Shown in pieces: positions 49,072 through 61,270 of a stretch of DNA of 64,000 bases. Location of the stretch: assembly GCA_002189035.1 (NCBI GenBank), contig NEEC01000018.1:1426001-1490000 (forward strand), in the 5' to 3' direction. Made by a program: the position numbers and the translations under genes. Numbering within the stretch: the stretch's first letter is position 1; the number at the start of each line of letters is the position of its first letter. The stretch is from Utricularia gibba (Eukaryota > Plantae > Magnoliophyta). The notes beneath the pieces were generated by a model, which did not search any database, was not told where the DNA came from, and saw nothing but the letters and a program-made list of their open reading frames with translations.

Positions 49072-51057
49072 ATGGGGAACCAGAAGAAGATGATAATTGA
49101 TACGGACCCTGGAATCGGTATTGCTGCAATGGATTCCAATTATTTTTTATGTTCTCTTTTCTGCTGTATAGATTTGGGGAATATTCCCGGAGCTTAACTT
49201 GAATTTGGTTTGATCAGATGATGCTATGGCTATTTTCATAGCATTGCAATCCCCAGAAGTTCAAGTGATTGGGCTAACTACAATCTATGGCAATGTTTAC
49301 ACTACTCTTGCCACCAGAAATGCTCTTCATTTGGTATTTCTGGAAACTAGAGGATCTTCCAAATTTACTCCGTTGCTCATCACTTGTCTTGTAAATAGAG
49401 TCCTAGGATTAAAACCATTGCAGAAATATGTTGCTGGAGTTCTTGGAATGAAATGCCCATTAGTTTGATTTGGTGTGGTGGATTCGCGTTGGCAGAAATT
49501 TGATGTTTCCATTTTCCGATTCTTGATTTTTTTGGTGTCTATATTGAAATTTGGATTTGATGATACAGTTGGAAGTTGCTGGGAGGACAGATATTCCAGT
49601 GGCTGAAGGATCTCATGTGACAATTACTGTAAGTATGATGACAAAGTGATTTCAAACTGATTCCTGCTGGTTGCAACTTTATGCTTTATTCTGTAGTCCT
49701 CCACCACGTTCCGTAACTGTTTCTGCTGCAGTTAATGTTTGAACTATAGGCCCTTTTTATAACAAGATTTATTTTGATCATCGTTTTGGTTTGGCACCAG
49801 CATGTTTTTCCTGGCCTTTTTTATATATAGTAAGCATCATCAAGCCATTTGCAGCATTATGATTTGTGGGAATCATTTTACAGAAGGGTACAAAACTTCG
49901 AATAGCTGATTTTGTCCACGGAACCGATGGACTGGGGAATCAAAACTTTCCTCCACCAAAAACTAAGCCGATTGAGTTGTCCGCAAAGGACTTCTTAATC
50001 CAGCAATGTAGTCTTTACCCAGGGGAGATAACGGTGGTGGCTTTGGGACCTCTGACAAACATTGCTCTGGTTAGTTTTCTGATGCTAACAAAGGATGCTT
50101 TTCAAGTTCTCTTAATGATCTAAATATAATGATGTGAGCAGGCTATGCAGTCAGATCCATCGTTCAAAGACAATGTCAAACAAATTGTTATTCTTGGTGG
50201 AGCTTTTTCAGTCAATGGAAATGTGAATCCTGCTGCTGAAGCAAATGTATTATGCTTCAATACTTCTGCCACTGGAATATGCCGCTACTTACTTTTCATC
50301 ATAGCCTTCTTAAACTCTTCTTCCCCTTAAATTCCTCCAGATTTTTGGGGATCCTGATGCTGCAGATATTGTTTTCACGAGCGGGGCTGATATTCTGGCA
50401 ATCGGAATAAACGTGACTCATCAAGTTTTACTCTCTGGTAATCCTCAGAATCTCTACTATCCTCCCTAGTTCACAAAACTTAATTCTCATGCCATGAAAT
50501 CTGCTTCTGCAGATGCTGATCGAGTCAAACTCTCAGAATCAAATGGCAAATTAGCACAGTATGTATCAAAAATCCTCGGCGTTTACTTCTCCTACCATCA
50601 CGATGCGTACAACATCAGAGGTATGTGATTCTGAATCAATTAAAGTGTTCGAATTAACAATCCATCCTAGCCACCAAGAAAACAGCCATTCTCACATCAT
50701 GCAGGAGTGTACCTCCATGATCCAACCACCATTGTTGCTGCATTCGATCCTTCCCTCATCACCTACGTGGAAGGGGTCGTCCGCGTTCAGACCGTGGGCA
50801 TCACTAGAGGCCTCACACTGTTCTACAACCAACACAAAAGGTACGAGGTTCATCAGTTTTGTCCCAAGAATCCAACCATTCACTGCTTCTGAACACCAGA
50901 ATGTCGTTTCCCTGAAATCCATCTTCCTTCTTTGACGTGAAAAAGGTTTTCCGTGGTCACTGAGTGGTCGGAAAAACCCACAGTCAAGGTTGCGGTCACG
51001 GTTGATGCTCCGGCAGTCGTCAGATTGGTCATGGACAGACTCACGCTGCACTCTTAA
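49072..51057 (+). CDS. URH2: Nucleoside hydrolase URH2/NSH2 type, 9 exons
   Basis: IIDTDPGIDDAMAI, TIYGNV, FVHGTDGLGN, ALGPLTNIAL, GNVNPAAEANIFGDP, VYLHDPT, KPTVKVAVTVDAP; all exons join in frame. Confidence 0.93.
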
Positions 51058-52912
51058 GCAGGGGCACTGCTTCTGATGAAGGTATTCCAAATACGACGTC
51101 GTTTGTTAATTGAAACTGTAAAATAAGACGATATCGTGTGCTGCCTTACCTGTATTGGGGAATAAAATTGAGAATAATAATTATTTATTAGATTTATTAT
51201 ATTTATTTAAAATTTTATTCAAATATAATAAAAAACATACATCTTTTAAAATATTAATAAAATGATAAATTAAAAAGGGGTCATTTAGAAAAGTGTGGCG
51301 AGTTTCCCGAGAAGATTAATGTTGTTTTAGGCATTAATGACTTTTAATTTGGTCAATGGGGGGCCACATATTTTTCTAATCCTATTCCTAATTAATTTAT
51401 TAAGGGGCTGGATTTCAGTAAGAGTGTCCACTACTTTCCAATTTTCAACCATTTCATTACACCTTCAGCAAAAAAGTATGTACATATATATTGGTTTGGA
51501 CATTGAAACTTTCCCAATTAAGTTTTGCCATTTTTCTATGGTTCTTTTCATATGATATGAAATGTTACATTGTATTAAATAACACACTTTAATCATAAAA
51601 AGCGAATATATTTTATTCCTATTATTTTATAAAAAATAAATAATATACTTTTTTAATCAAACTCTTATTTAATTACTAAAATATGTATTAGAGAAATTTA
51701 ATAATTTTTTTTAATTTAATCACATAACGATTAAATATACACATTTTTAAATTAAACAGAACTATTCCGTGAATTTTATCTACCCATGGTTCAAATGTAT
51801 TTAACTATCTAATTTAAGGTTTGGTATAGTGGTTGACGCTTGCCTGTTGATTACAATTTAAGTAGCTAAGAAATAAGTATTTTGAAATAATAAAATAATT
51901 TAACGAATCTGTGAATATCTATTTATTATTTATTATGGGTTTTTTTTAATGTCCCTTAAACCGAGAGAAACTCGTTCCATATAGTTCCACTATTTTAATA
52001 TTCGTAATTAAATATAATGCATGACCAAATTGGAGAAAGGGGGACCACATCATTGATTACGTCATATTAAGAAATACAAATATGAATTTTCTTCGGGGGA
52101 AATCCTGGGCATTAAATGAAGTAATCAGCGCCGCAGATCGCCATTAAATCAACGGCCCAGATTGGAAAACTCCCAATCAAGGCAATGAAAGATATTCTAC
52201 GCCCCGGGGGCGGCTTGACCTGACCAAAAAACACCTCAGGACACGTCATCGATAAAACGACGCCGTGCTGGCGAAAGCAATCCCCGTCCGCCCCAACGCC
52301 AACCGCTGGCTGCCACCTCGACTCTGTGGGCCCCATCAATTTTTTTATTTTAATACTTCTGAAAACACGCAACGTGTACAAATTTGGTACTTTTTTTTAT
52401 ACATTTTATATTTGATGATATATGAGAAAAAAATCGTGATTGTTGATATAGATATAATTAAAAATAAATATATGAGTAGTATAATTATATAATATTAGCA
52501 TACATATACTAATTAATCAAACAACATTTTATATGTAAATTTGAATATAAATTTTATATATTATACTATCAAACACTATAGTATTGTCATTGTAAATATT
52601 AGTCACATTTATATTAGTTTTTTTTAGAAAAAAGGAAAAAGAAAAAGTGTACACAAAGATGTCCAAATCAGTGACCATACCCAAACAGATCCTTATTCTC
52701 ATTATATGTGTCTACACCAACTTACAAGCTTCTTCTGCTTCTAACAAAAGAAGCTCAGAAAAACCAAAAACTGAAACCAAATTGCGCAGCGTTCAGATCC
52801 AAACTGGGAACCCAAACCGGCATTTCGACATTTACACGTTCATATTGAACAAGCTCGAAGCTTGGGTGTTTTGTTTATCTTCTTTTATTTCTCAGGTGTT
52901 CTTCTCTGGTGC

Positions 52913-53944
52913 CTAGTGTAGTAGATGCCTCCGGGTCGAGTTTTGGATGTCGAGAACGCCGGTTGGGGCTCTGTGGGGGATGCCCTTCCGCCGTTTCGCC
53001 GTCCGGTAACTCATGGCGGTCGGCGGAGGGGTCGACGGTGTGAAGCTGGGAGTTTTGGGAGCGGGGCCAAGGCTGCTGCTACTGTATGACTCCTCTGACT
53101 CGGCCACAGCCATAGCCACTGCCTTTCTTTTCTCCGGGGATTTCTTCTTGATTTTGTGAAAATTCTTCGATGTCCCGACAATCTGAATCAGAAAGGTACA
53201 CGTGAGGAAAAGGTCAACTTTCCCAATTCCCCTGAACTCAGATTTTTCGAATTGAAAAGGAATTGGGGATATCAAAAGCAAACCTTGCACCCAAGAGAGC
53301 AGAATCTGAATGAATCGAGAAGGCTGCGATCGCAAACTTCGCAGGTATTGGTTACTCCTTTTCCCGGCCTGGGCTGCGGCCGTTCGTTTAAGAAGACAAC
53401 TTTGGCGCTGTTGATTATGTATGTCTGAACAGAAGAAATGTCCAGATGCTTTTGAACCTCTGCAACTCTAATCACGTCGTGGTATGATGATCTCCTGATC
53501 TGTACACAAACAGACAAACATCAGAACACCCGATTCTTCAGTCAAAGAGGAAAAAGCACAAAACACACAGCCCAGAAAACCAAGTTGCTTTCCTTACCTG
53601 AATCGCACGGTGTTCTTTGTGATGAGCCAAACAGAGAGAACACAGAGCACCGTTCATACAATCCAGGCAATACATATTCCGTTCACTTTTATGAGAATCA
53701 GCGTGCAATTTACACTGACTAAAAAACCGTTCTTTCAGCAAAGGCTTCAACCATGGCGGCCATCGGTTGTCTTCTTCATCAGGCCCTCCAGCTCCCTGCC
53801 AACAAAAATCATTCACACCCATTACATAAAATCCAACATTTAGAAAAACCCATATCGAAGAAAAAACACCCAGCAAAGTACCATGATTCTCCGGTTGAAA
53901 GGCCTGATTTCACGAACCGGAGTACTCTGATCCTCAATCGCCAT
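52913..53944 (-). CDS. PLATZ transcription factor (At4g17900-like), 4 exons
   Basis: [17 protein letters not shown]|[96 protein letters not shown]. Confidence 0.92.
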
Positions 53945-54471
53945 CTCCACCGAAATGCCGAGACTCCCAGAAATCCTCCAATAGCCAGAAAGTGCTGCCA
54001 AAAGTATGGTTATGACGAAGGGAAAAGAAAGTGGCCGTGGAAAGTCTAAGTGGAGAACGCCAGAGCGAAAGAAAGAACCAAAGAAGAAAAAGAAAGAGTC
54101 GTTCGGCAGGTTCGTGGAAGGGGACTCTCGTTCTTATCTTTACACTAACACGAACCCGGACCTAGCTCCGAACCTGGATATTGTCCGTCATCCCTTCCTT
54201 CCCCCTCCCAAAGAATTTTACTAATAAATTATTTGAAAATTTCAAAAAAAAAACACAAACTTTTCAAGAAATTATCAATATGTTTGATTCTGTTTATCTA
54301 AAATTATTCTAATAAGATACTTAATAATAAATTATTTAAAAATAACAACTCATCCTATTCTTTTTACAAAATTATCCATTTTAGATACTCAATATTTATA
54401 TTTTTGCGTTTTACTCTTACAAGTAAAATGTATTTCATAAGATTATGAGAATTCTTCAATTTAAATGTGTA

Positions 54472-54611
54472 CTCCCTCCTTCATAATCAATGTGACATAT
54501 CGTAACAAGGATCATAAAAATTTTTCGAAAAATAATCTTAATGATTAAATATCTATGCTTTTTAAAAAAAAACGTTGATAATTTTTTTTTTTTAAAATAA
54601 AAATGGAATAG
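54472..54611. mobile_element. Degenerate Stowaway-like MITE
   Basis: Left end TA-CTCCCTCC matches the Stowaway consensus; right end ATGGAATAG-TA is degenerate; TA on both flanks; 140 bp. Confidence 0.5.
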
Positions 54612-54960
54612 TATACTGTTCTTCGAATCTGCGAGAAAAAAACAGGGAAGACGGAAGGAATCGTTGAAGATAACAAGACAAGGGGGGGTGGTTGGACCAC
54701 TGCAAGTGGAACTGGTGTTCGGGGACATGAGTGAAGAATTTGACCCCGCACGCTTCGGTCTGGTTATTGCATTCGACAAAAATTTACGTTGTATCTGTCC
54801 GACTGCACGTGTTGGAACACAAACCCAGACAATTGTGCTCCAGATTCCCTCCAGCCGGCCTCCGCTTTCAATCTAGGGTTCCGGTGGGCACCGTCGGTGG
54901 CAAATCTCCGACCATGACTGCTTTCAAGTTTCCGATCAAGAATCGCCAAGATGCCATCCT
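54605..54960 (-). pseudogene. Possible degraded PLATZ paralogue fragment
   Basis: Strong acceptor TTTTTTTCTCGCAG followed by IRRTVY. Upstream frameshifted pieces LEG, FC.EC and EHQFHLQ resemble PLATZ exon 2. Confidence 0.35.
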
Positions 54961-56689
54961 ACCTTCTTCTTTTCTGTTTACTGTAAACCCAAACCCTACC
55001 CACGTGTCCTCCAAAAAGAAATTGATTATTAGAACATCTACTATCATTTTTGTAATTTTGGAATGCCATGTCAATTTTAATATATTTCCGAAAAGCTATT
55101 TACTAAATTTTTATTTTATTTATAATCACTTCTGTAACACAAATCATTTCAAAAAATCTAAGATATCATCTTTTTTGTGCTCATTTTAATTGATTTTTAT
55201 AATGTAAATGAAAATTTCATTCATTGAAAAATCTGAAAACAAAACTACATTCATATAATGATTTCCGAAAATATAATAAACGAGATAGAAGTGCTGCGTA
55301 AACTTTCATGGAAATCGTTGAAGATAATCTTAGTGATGGTTTCTCCTAAATAGATGGAATAAATAAATATAAATATACATAGGTGAGATAATAACAACGA
55401 TATACCACATTAATTATGGATTAAAATTAAATATATTTAAATAAAAATATCTTATGTATTACACTTTTTTTCAAAAGATAAAAATGTAAAATTATAAGTA
55501 TTGAATGTTTGAATTGGAAATATCATGTAATGAAAGTATAAGTCGTTATATTTAATAATATTATCAAACACGACTTCAAAATGATCCTGGAGCCTTTGTG
55601 GGGCGGCCACGTGGTGGTGCGGAGTTAATCCCGAGCCACATGGTAATGATTTGCGGAGGCTGGGCCTAGTAGTTGGTTCGGTTTCCGGTTAACCCAACCG
55701 CCGAATCCAGTGCTTTAGTTATAATGGCTCCATGTGGCGCTCCTGGGTCCGTCCACTCAACCACTAAGGTATGCATGTGAGTGGAGGATGGACATTTGTG
55801 TCCTCCAATATAACCCAATTTTTTTTAAAAAAAATATTAATTTAAAAAAAAACTGAGAAAAATATCAATTATACCGCGTGCTGGCCGACATCGTAATAGA
55901 CACGTGGAATTGGTGCGCTGGCCGTATTTTTTAATATAATTTAACCAGAAAAAAGAGTCCATGATTCGTCGCAAACCGTGTCGGGCACCTATTACCCTCA
56001 AGTTATGCACGTAGGTGAAATTAATTTACATTAAAATGTATAATTTAAAAAATATGAGTATGTTTTGTAATGTTTTAATAAATAATTATTTTCTAGTTAT
56101 TATGATATTTAATTTATATTATTTTTATTAAACATATGAGTAATATATATTATTTAACATAATTTTTTTTATTATATATATATGTAAGACGTGTCCGTGT
56201 CCTATCCTTTGCCCGCGGGCGGGGAGGACGCGGTGTTGACGGGTGGTGATACTTCCTGCACGTTTTTACCTTTGGGGTAGAATTGTAATTTATTGGAACC
56301 CCTCGGCTGACGTTAAACTTGGGAATGTGAATGTTTGGAGTTTAGACTTAAGGTGTAGTGTGTGTGACTTAATCAACAACTTTTATTTAATTCATAGATA
56401 TAAGTCATTGTACAAACAGATGTAAAATTAGTAGAAACAGTCTATTTGAAATTAAGTAACCTATTTATGAAATAAGTCACATTTTATCAACTTATGTAAT
56501 AAGTTGCTGAAATAATTAAAATTTAAATAAATTATAAATAAATAAAAATATAAGTAGAAGTTAAGTTTTAGAATAAATATCTATAAAACACTTACTTTTA
56601 TTTTTACTGTAAGTTATAAGTTGCAAAATAAATCACACAAACTATACTCTTAGTTTAACATTTTTGGTTCATAGTTTAAAAATCCGATT

Positions 56690-56822
56690 TCAATTTGATT
56701 TTGAAATGTGAATATTTGGAATTTCGATTTGGTTTAATGTTTTTGGTTCTGGTTTTAATTCGATTCATAATTTAAAAATCATGTTTTAGTTTGAAATTAA
56801 TAATAAACCACGATTTATGAAG
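56690..56822 (+). repeat. Dispersed fragment of the same hAT-MITE family as 12013-12574
   Basis: 56753-56822 aligns to 12432-12498, sharing AATAATAAACCACGATT.ATGAA and TTCGATT.AT..TTTAAAA. Confidence 0.5.
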
Positions 56823-57022
56823 TGTATTTAACATATGATATTTACTCGGCGTGGCACTTTTGAATTCGCACGTGCATTTCATGAATTTTCTTATATCAGA
56901 ATATATCCGATATTAGTTATTATTTATTAAACAAAAAATCAATAATAAGATAAAATCTAATAAAATTACAACTAATAAAATTTGTAAAAAATCCAAAAAA
57001 AGTTATTGCTCGGTGTGGGTGT

Positions 57023-58808
57023 TTATGCTTCTGTTTCGAGGTTGGCAGTTTGCTGCCGGAGTCGACGCCGGTGCTCATTCATCTTCCACAGGCCGTGACC
57101 CAGAACCGCCGTGGAGTATATGCCGTGGGTTAATATAGGCGCCAGAATGTTGTTCGTCTGGTTCACGTTTTCAGATGCAGAGCAGGTGTTAAGGAAGGTT
57201 TCAAAAATGGGGACTGAGCAGAGCTGAACTTCACCTGAATCCATTCGAATCCAAGATAAAGAGCCAGAAGCGCTTCCAGCATGGGGAATATATCTTCTTC
57301 ATCTCTCTCTCATCGTTCCATGCTGCAAAACAGAGACCCCATTTGAGTTGCAGGGCAATCACCAAGCTGTGGTGAGTGAGTGAGAGTTGAAGGGGCTCTT
57401 ACCAGCCAAGAGCTTTCTTAGATCTGTAGCATTGGTCTTCATTTCTGGTGCAATCATGTATACTGGATCTGGGAATCATGGTTCTGAGTGTTAGAAACCA
57501 GAGGAATTCATTGTTTATGGAGTTCGTGAACGTGGGGAACACACCTTTGGGAGACGCGGCCATGTAGTAGAGTGAACCGGTGAGCGCCGCCGTGGTGATG
57601 GCAGCGAACGCCTGTGCGAATGGAGGCAATACGGCGGCCTGCGGGAAATGCAGATCAGAATCGGAAGTAGAAGAGGATTTTTGGGGTGTTTGGGGGTGTT
57701 AGGTACCATGGATGCCATCCCTCGAGCATCAGACACTAAATCACCACTTCTGAGAAAGATTTCAGCAACTGCTCCCTGCAACAGATCACAGAAACGTGTG
57801 AGTGAATGAGAAGGAAAGAGTGCAAGGTGGCTGCTGAGAGATCACCTGAACGGCAGCACGGTAGAAGAGCTCCTCACTGACTGAACTTGCAGCTATCATC
57901 AGCAAGAACTGCGTGGAACAAGAAAGAGCAGCTGATGCAGTTCTGATTTTATAGAAATTTGATCAACATCTCAAGATGGAAATCTCATTCTATTCCAACT
58001 TGGGTGTAAGAAACAACATGATTCAAAGGGTTTGGGAGTCATGAGGGTACCTGCCATGGCGACATTCCGAGAAAGAAGCTTCTCAACTCTTCATCCTCCA
58101 CATCTCTTATAGCACGAGCTTGGGGAGATAACTTCACAACCTCATCCTGCCAAACAGGAGCACCAGCAGTTCAGAACTCAGAAAAATTAGGAATTGAAGT
58201 AGGAGAAGGTGATGGTCTCAGGAGATGATTTCATACGTTTAAGATGAAGAGGGTAGCCATAACCGGAGGGGCTGCATATCTCAAACCTTCAACAATGGCG
58301 TCTAAAGACAGATCAAACCCTCCATTGCCATCAATACCAGAGACAGAGCATATGAATCTTCCTGCCAGAGCCATCGCTCCATATATACCTGGGTTTGCAT
58401 CAGAAGATTCAGGATTCAAAGCAATAACAGTTTTCCTTGGGAACATGCTCAAAACATCTCTTTGATCAATAAAATATGAAAAGCAGAGATCAATTGTGTA
58501 AACTAACCAATCCCATAGCCGAATTTCACAAGAGAGCTTCCAATATTCTCCCATACTGGAAACTCATCGGCCTCATTGGAGCTATTATTGAATGTAGTCA
58601 TCTCGATAGCTGAAACCCTCTGAACTCCCTTCTCGCTCTCAGATCTCTCCGCCGTTTCCCCGTCGCCGCTACTGCTCTCCGCTCTAACTACCATTATTTT
58701 ACTTCTCTTCGTCACTTTCTCCCGAAACGGCAGATGATCGCTAAAACGACTACAAGTGCAACAACCCCACAACGGCCTCGGCGACACCTTCACCATAGAG
58801 ATCTCCAT
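57023..58808 (-). CDS. BCM1: Chloroplast CAAX-protease-like protein BALANCE OF CHLOROPHYLL METABOLISM (BCM1/BCM2-like)
   Basis: GYGIGIYGAMALAGRFIC, DEVVKLSPQARAIRDVEDEELRSFF.GMSPWQF, EELFYRAAVQG, TGSLYYMAASPKDP, MKKIYSP, THGIYS..LGHGLWK. Confidence 0.9.
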
Positions 58809-59910
58809 AGACCCAGAAAAGAACCTTGATCAAGCAAATGGACCAGTTATCGTTGGGGATCGAGGCATACAGCATGTATTATACTAGAAAAAACCCATGG
58901 TTTTGGAGGAAAGAAGCCTTTTTTTTGTGGCGGACCCATGGTTTTCTGCATATGGGTTCCCGAAAGTTTCGTGTAGCAACGCCCTTCCAAAGTCAATAGT
59001 CCGGGGCGATACGGCTCCACTGCGGACGGCGGATCCATTGTTTAAGATTCAACTGGACATCCATTACGGCTACCTGAATCAATGATTAGTGACACTAATG
59101 ACAATCAATTGTTTGTACGAGAAATCGCCTGCAGTTAAAAACTCAAACGACCATGAAAGTGAACATAGCTCTGCCTAAAATTTGGAAAGAGTGCTCCATC
59201 GGAAAGGGACAGCACAGAAATAATCACCGTTTAGTTGTCTTGATTAAGGCTTCAGGTGGCTATCTTGCCTTCAGAACTTAGCTCCCGACAGGGTATCTCA
59301 ACATGCTGCCAGATCGCCGGAAAGAGGAAAGAGTCCCAAGAAAAATGGAAACGTCCCCCATGATAAAAGTTTGATCAAGAATTTTCAGGTGGGTTGTTCC
59401 CGAGGCAATCCAACGATCCGTCACTGGCGAACGACTGGCATGGCTGCTTCATATCGATCCTCGCCGGCATCCTGGAGTTCATCAGGCTGAAGTACACCGA
59501 AAGACACAGCTACTACAATCTGGAGAAAAAGCCCAAGATTGAAGCTTTTGTGTGATCAAGAGTGCTGCTGGGCGTCCATGTAACCAGCATCAACGAGGAC
59601 TTTCTCCATCCCCGACCTTCTTCACCTTCTTGAATCGACTTTCAGATTCTCAAGCTCCGACGGCCCAAGGACTCGTGATTGTAACGATGATTGTACTTGT
59701 ACACAGTACTAACGTTTTTTAGTGTTCTTTCTCCTTTCAGAGAAATCCTTTTTTCTCCACAGAGCTTCCCACCCGAAGTTCCTTCGAAGGTGAACTGCAA
59801 AAGGGTACTCCACTACTACTTTATTACAATGTTTTACACTACAAGGAAGGAAGATCAATCTTTTGGGATACGTACACACACTATAACAGCATCCAAAGAG
59901 CCTCCATTTC

Positions 59911-60981
59911 TCAAGCAGAAGCTGCTTGCAGAGCTCTCTGCAACTCATTCTCCAAATCAGCAGCAATGGCAGCATTGCCATTCCTCTTCTCTTCTTTTCT
60001 GTAATCTCCATTTCCATTCCCCTTGGATAATGCTCTGCTTCTATTGCTCTTCGGTAGCTCAAATCCACTTTCAACAGAAGCTTCAAGCTTCTTCCCATTT
60101 TCATCTCTTTTTCTAACTTCTACAGCCCTCAAATTCTCCAACTCACGCTTCATTTCGAAGTTGAAGCCTTTCAAATCATCCAATTCTCTCTTCATAAAAG
60201 AGCTCATACACTTCAAAACCTCTAGTTCATCATCACCGTTCTTCTTACTCGATTTCTCAGCAGTATCCTCATCTTTATCTTTGGAAACCACATCATTTTT
60301 CTCAAAACCAATTTTGGTGATCCTCAGAAATGGCATTTGATCCTTCACGAACTTCGTCGTCCACCTGAAATTCAAAGATGCAGTTTTTGCAAAAGGGATG
60401 TGCGTTCTCGCTGCTAACTCAAACCCCTTAAAACTGAATCGCTTGCTGTCTTTTGAAGCTACCCCAGGCTTCTCCAGGGTCTCGAAATCGAAGGACCTGG
60501 ATTCGAATCCATTTGCGGGTTCACTGTTGACGGCGGGTTCCGAGTGGGAAAAGGTGGATTTTCTGAAGGAGAATGAGCCCAATTGGGGTTTGAAGAAGAG
60601 GGAGAAAGTGGGGTTTGGGTAATTGGGATTACCAGGGTTGAAGGAGAAACTGGCGGAGATGACGATGGGAGAGCTTTTGGGGGAACCGAAGACACCCGTC
60701 CCAGATTTCATAGTCAGGGTAAACGGCGGCGGAGTAGCAACGGAGGGGGCGGCGGCGGCAGCGGTGAAATAGGTAAGTTTCAGGGAGGGACCCGACGAGA
60801 AATTGGTAGAGAGAGAGAGCGACAGGTCGGAAGGATGAGTGGTGGTGGTGGACAACTGAGAAAGAAACGGAAAACTGAATATCGTTACCGGCAACTTCGC
60901 ACGGAGGAGAAGCGGCAGCGGCAGCGGCAGCGCCAGATCGCTGCTCTGCTCCTGGTCTTGGAGCTTCAACGATATCTTCAT
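59911..60981 (-). CDS. OEP40-family (At3g57990-related) plastid outer-envelope protein-like, single exon
   Basis: MKISLK start, RAKLPVTIFSFPF, LSTNFSSGPSLKL, KSGTGVFGSP, FKPQLGSFS, ARTHIP, LNFRW, PFLRITKIG, C-terminal coiled-coil segment. Confidence 0.78.
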   Translation of the reverse strand: MKISLKLQDQEQSSDLALPLPLPLLLRAKLPVTIFSFPFLSQLSTTTTHPSDLSLSLSTNFSSGPSLKLTYFTAAAAAPSVATPPPFTLTMKSGTGVFGSPKSSPIVISASFSFNPGNPNYPNPTFSLFFKPQLGSFSFRKSTFSHSEPAVNSEPANGFESRSFDFETLEKPGVASKDSKRFSFKGFELAARTHIPFAKTASLNFRWTTKFVKDQMPFLRITKIGFEKNDVVSKDKDEDTAEKSSKKNGDDELEVLKCMSSFMKRELDDLKGFNFEMKRELENLRAVEVRKRDENGKKLEASVESGFELPKSNRSRALSKGNGNGDYRKEEKRNGNAAIAADLENELQRALQAASA

Positions 60982-61270
60982 TTTCTGATTACTAAATTCG
61001 AAAGCTTCTCTCTTTACTTCGGGCATCAACTCAAAATTCTATCTTTTTACTCACAGCCATCCACTCCATTTCTTGGATAGGGAATCACAGGTGAAATTCA
61101 AACCAGAGATGGCTTCGGAATAAGTTTCTAGCACCTTCAACAACAAATCCCAAATTCACTTGTACATGGAGCCACAACCATGGAAAACAAAAGGTTACCA
61201 CAATTTACAGAGACAGGGCATGACCATTCCAGATAGACAAAACCAACAAGATCTTGCACCAGAATGATCA

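Noticed and set aside
51818-51860. tRNA-Asp-like GGTATAGTGGT...GCCTGT
   Set aside because: No T-arm/B-box or acceptor stem.
53670-53695. PLATZ HKSERN instead of the usual HKSECN
   Set aside because: This Cys lies outside the defined zinc-ligand pattern; single substitution of low significance.
55748-55795. Short hairpin GTCCGTCCACTCA...TGAGTGGAGGATGGAC
   Set aside because: Stem too short and bulged for a miRNA precursor; no known miRNA sequence.
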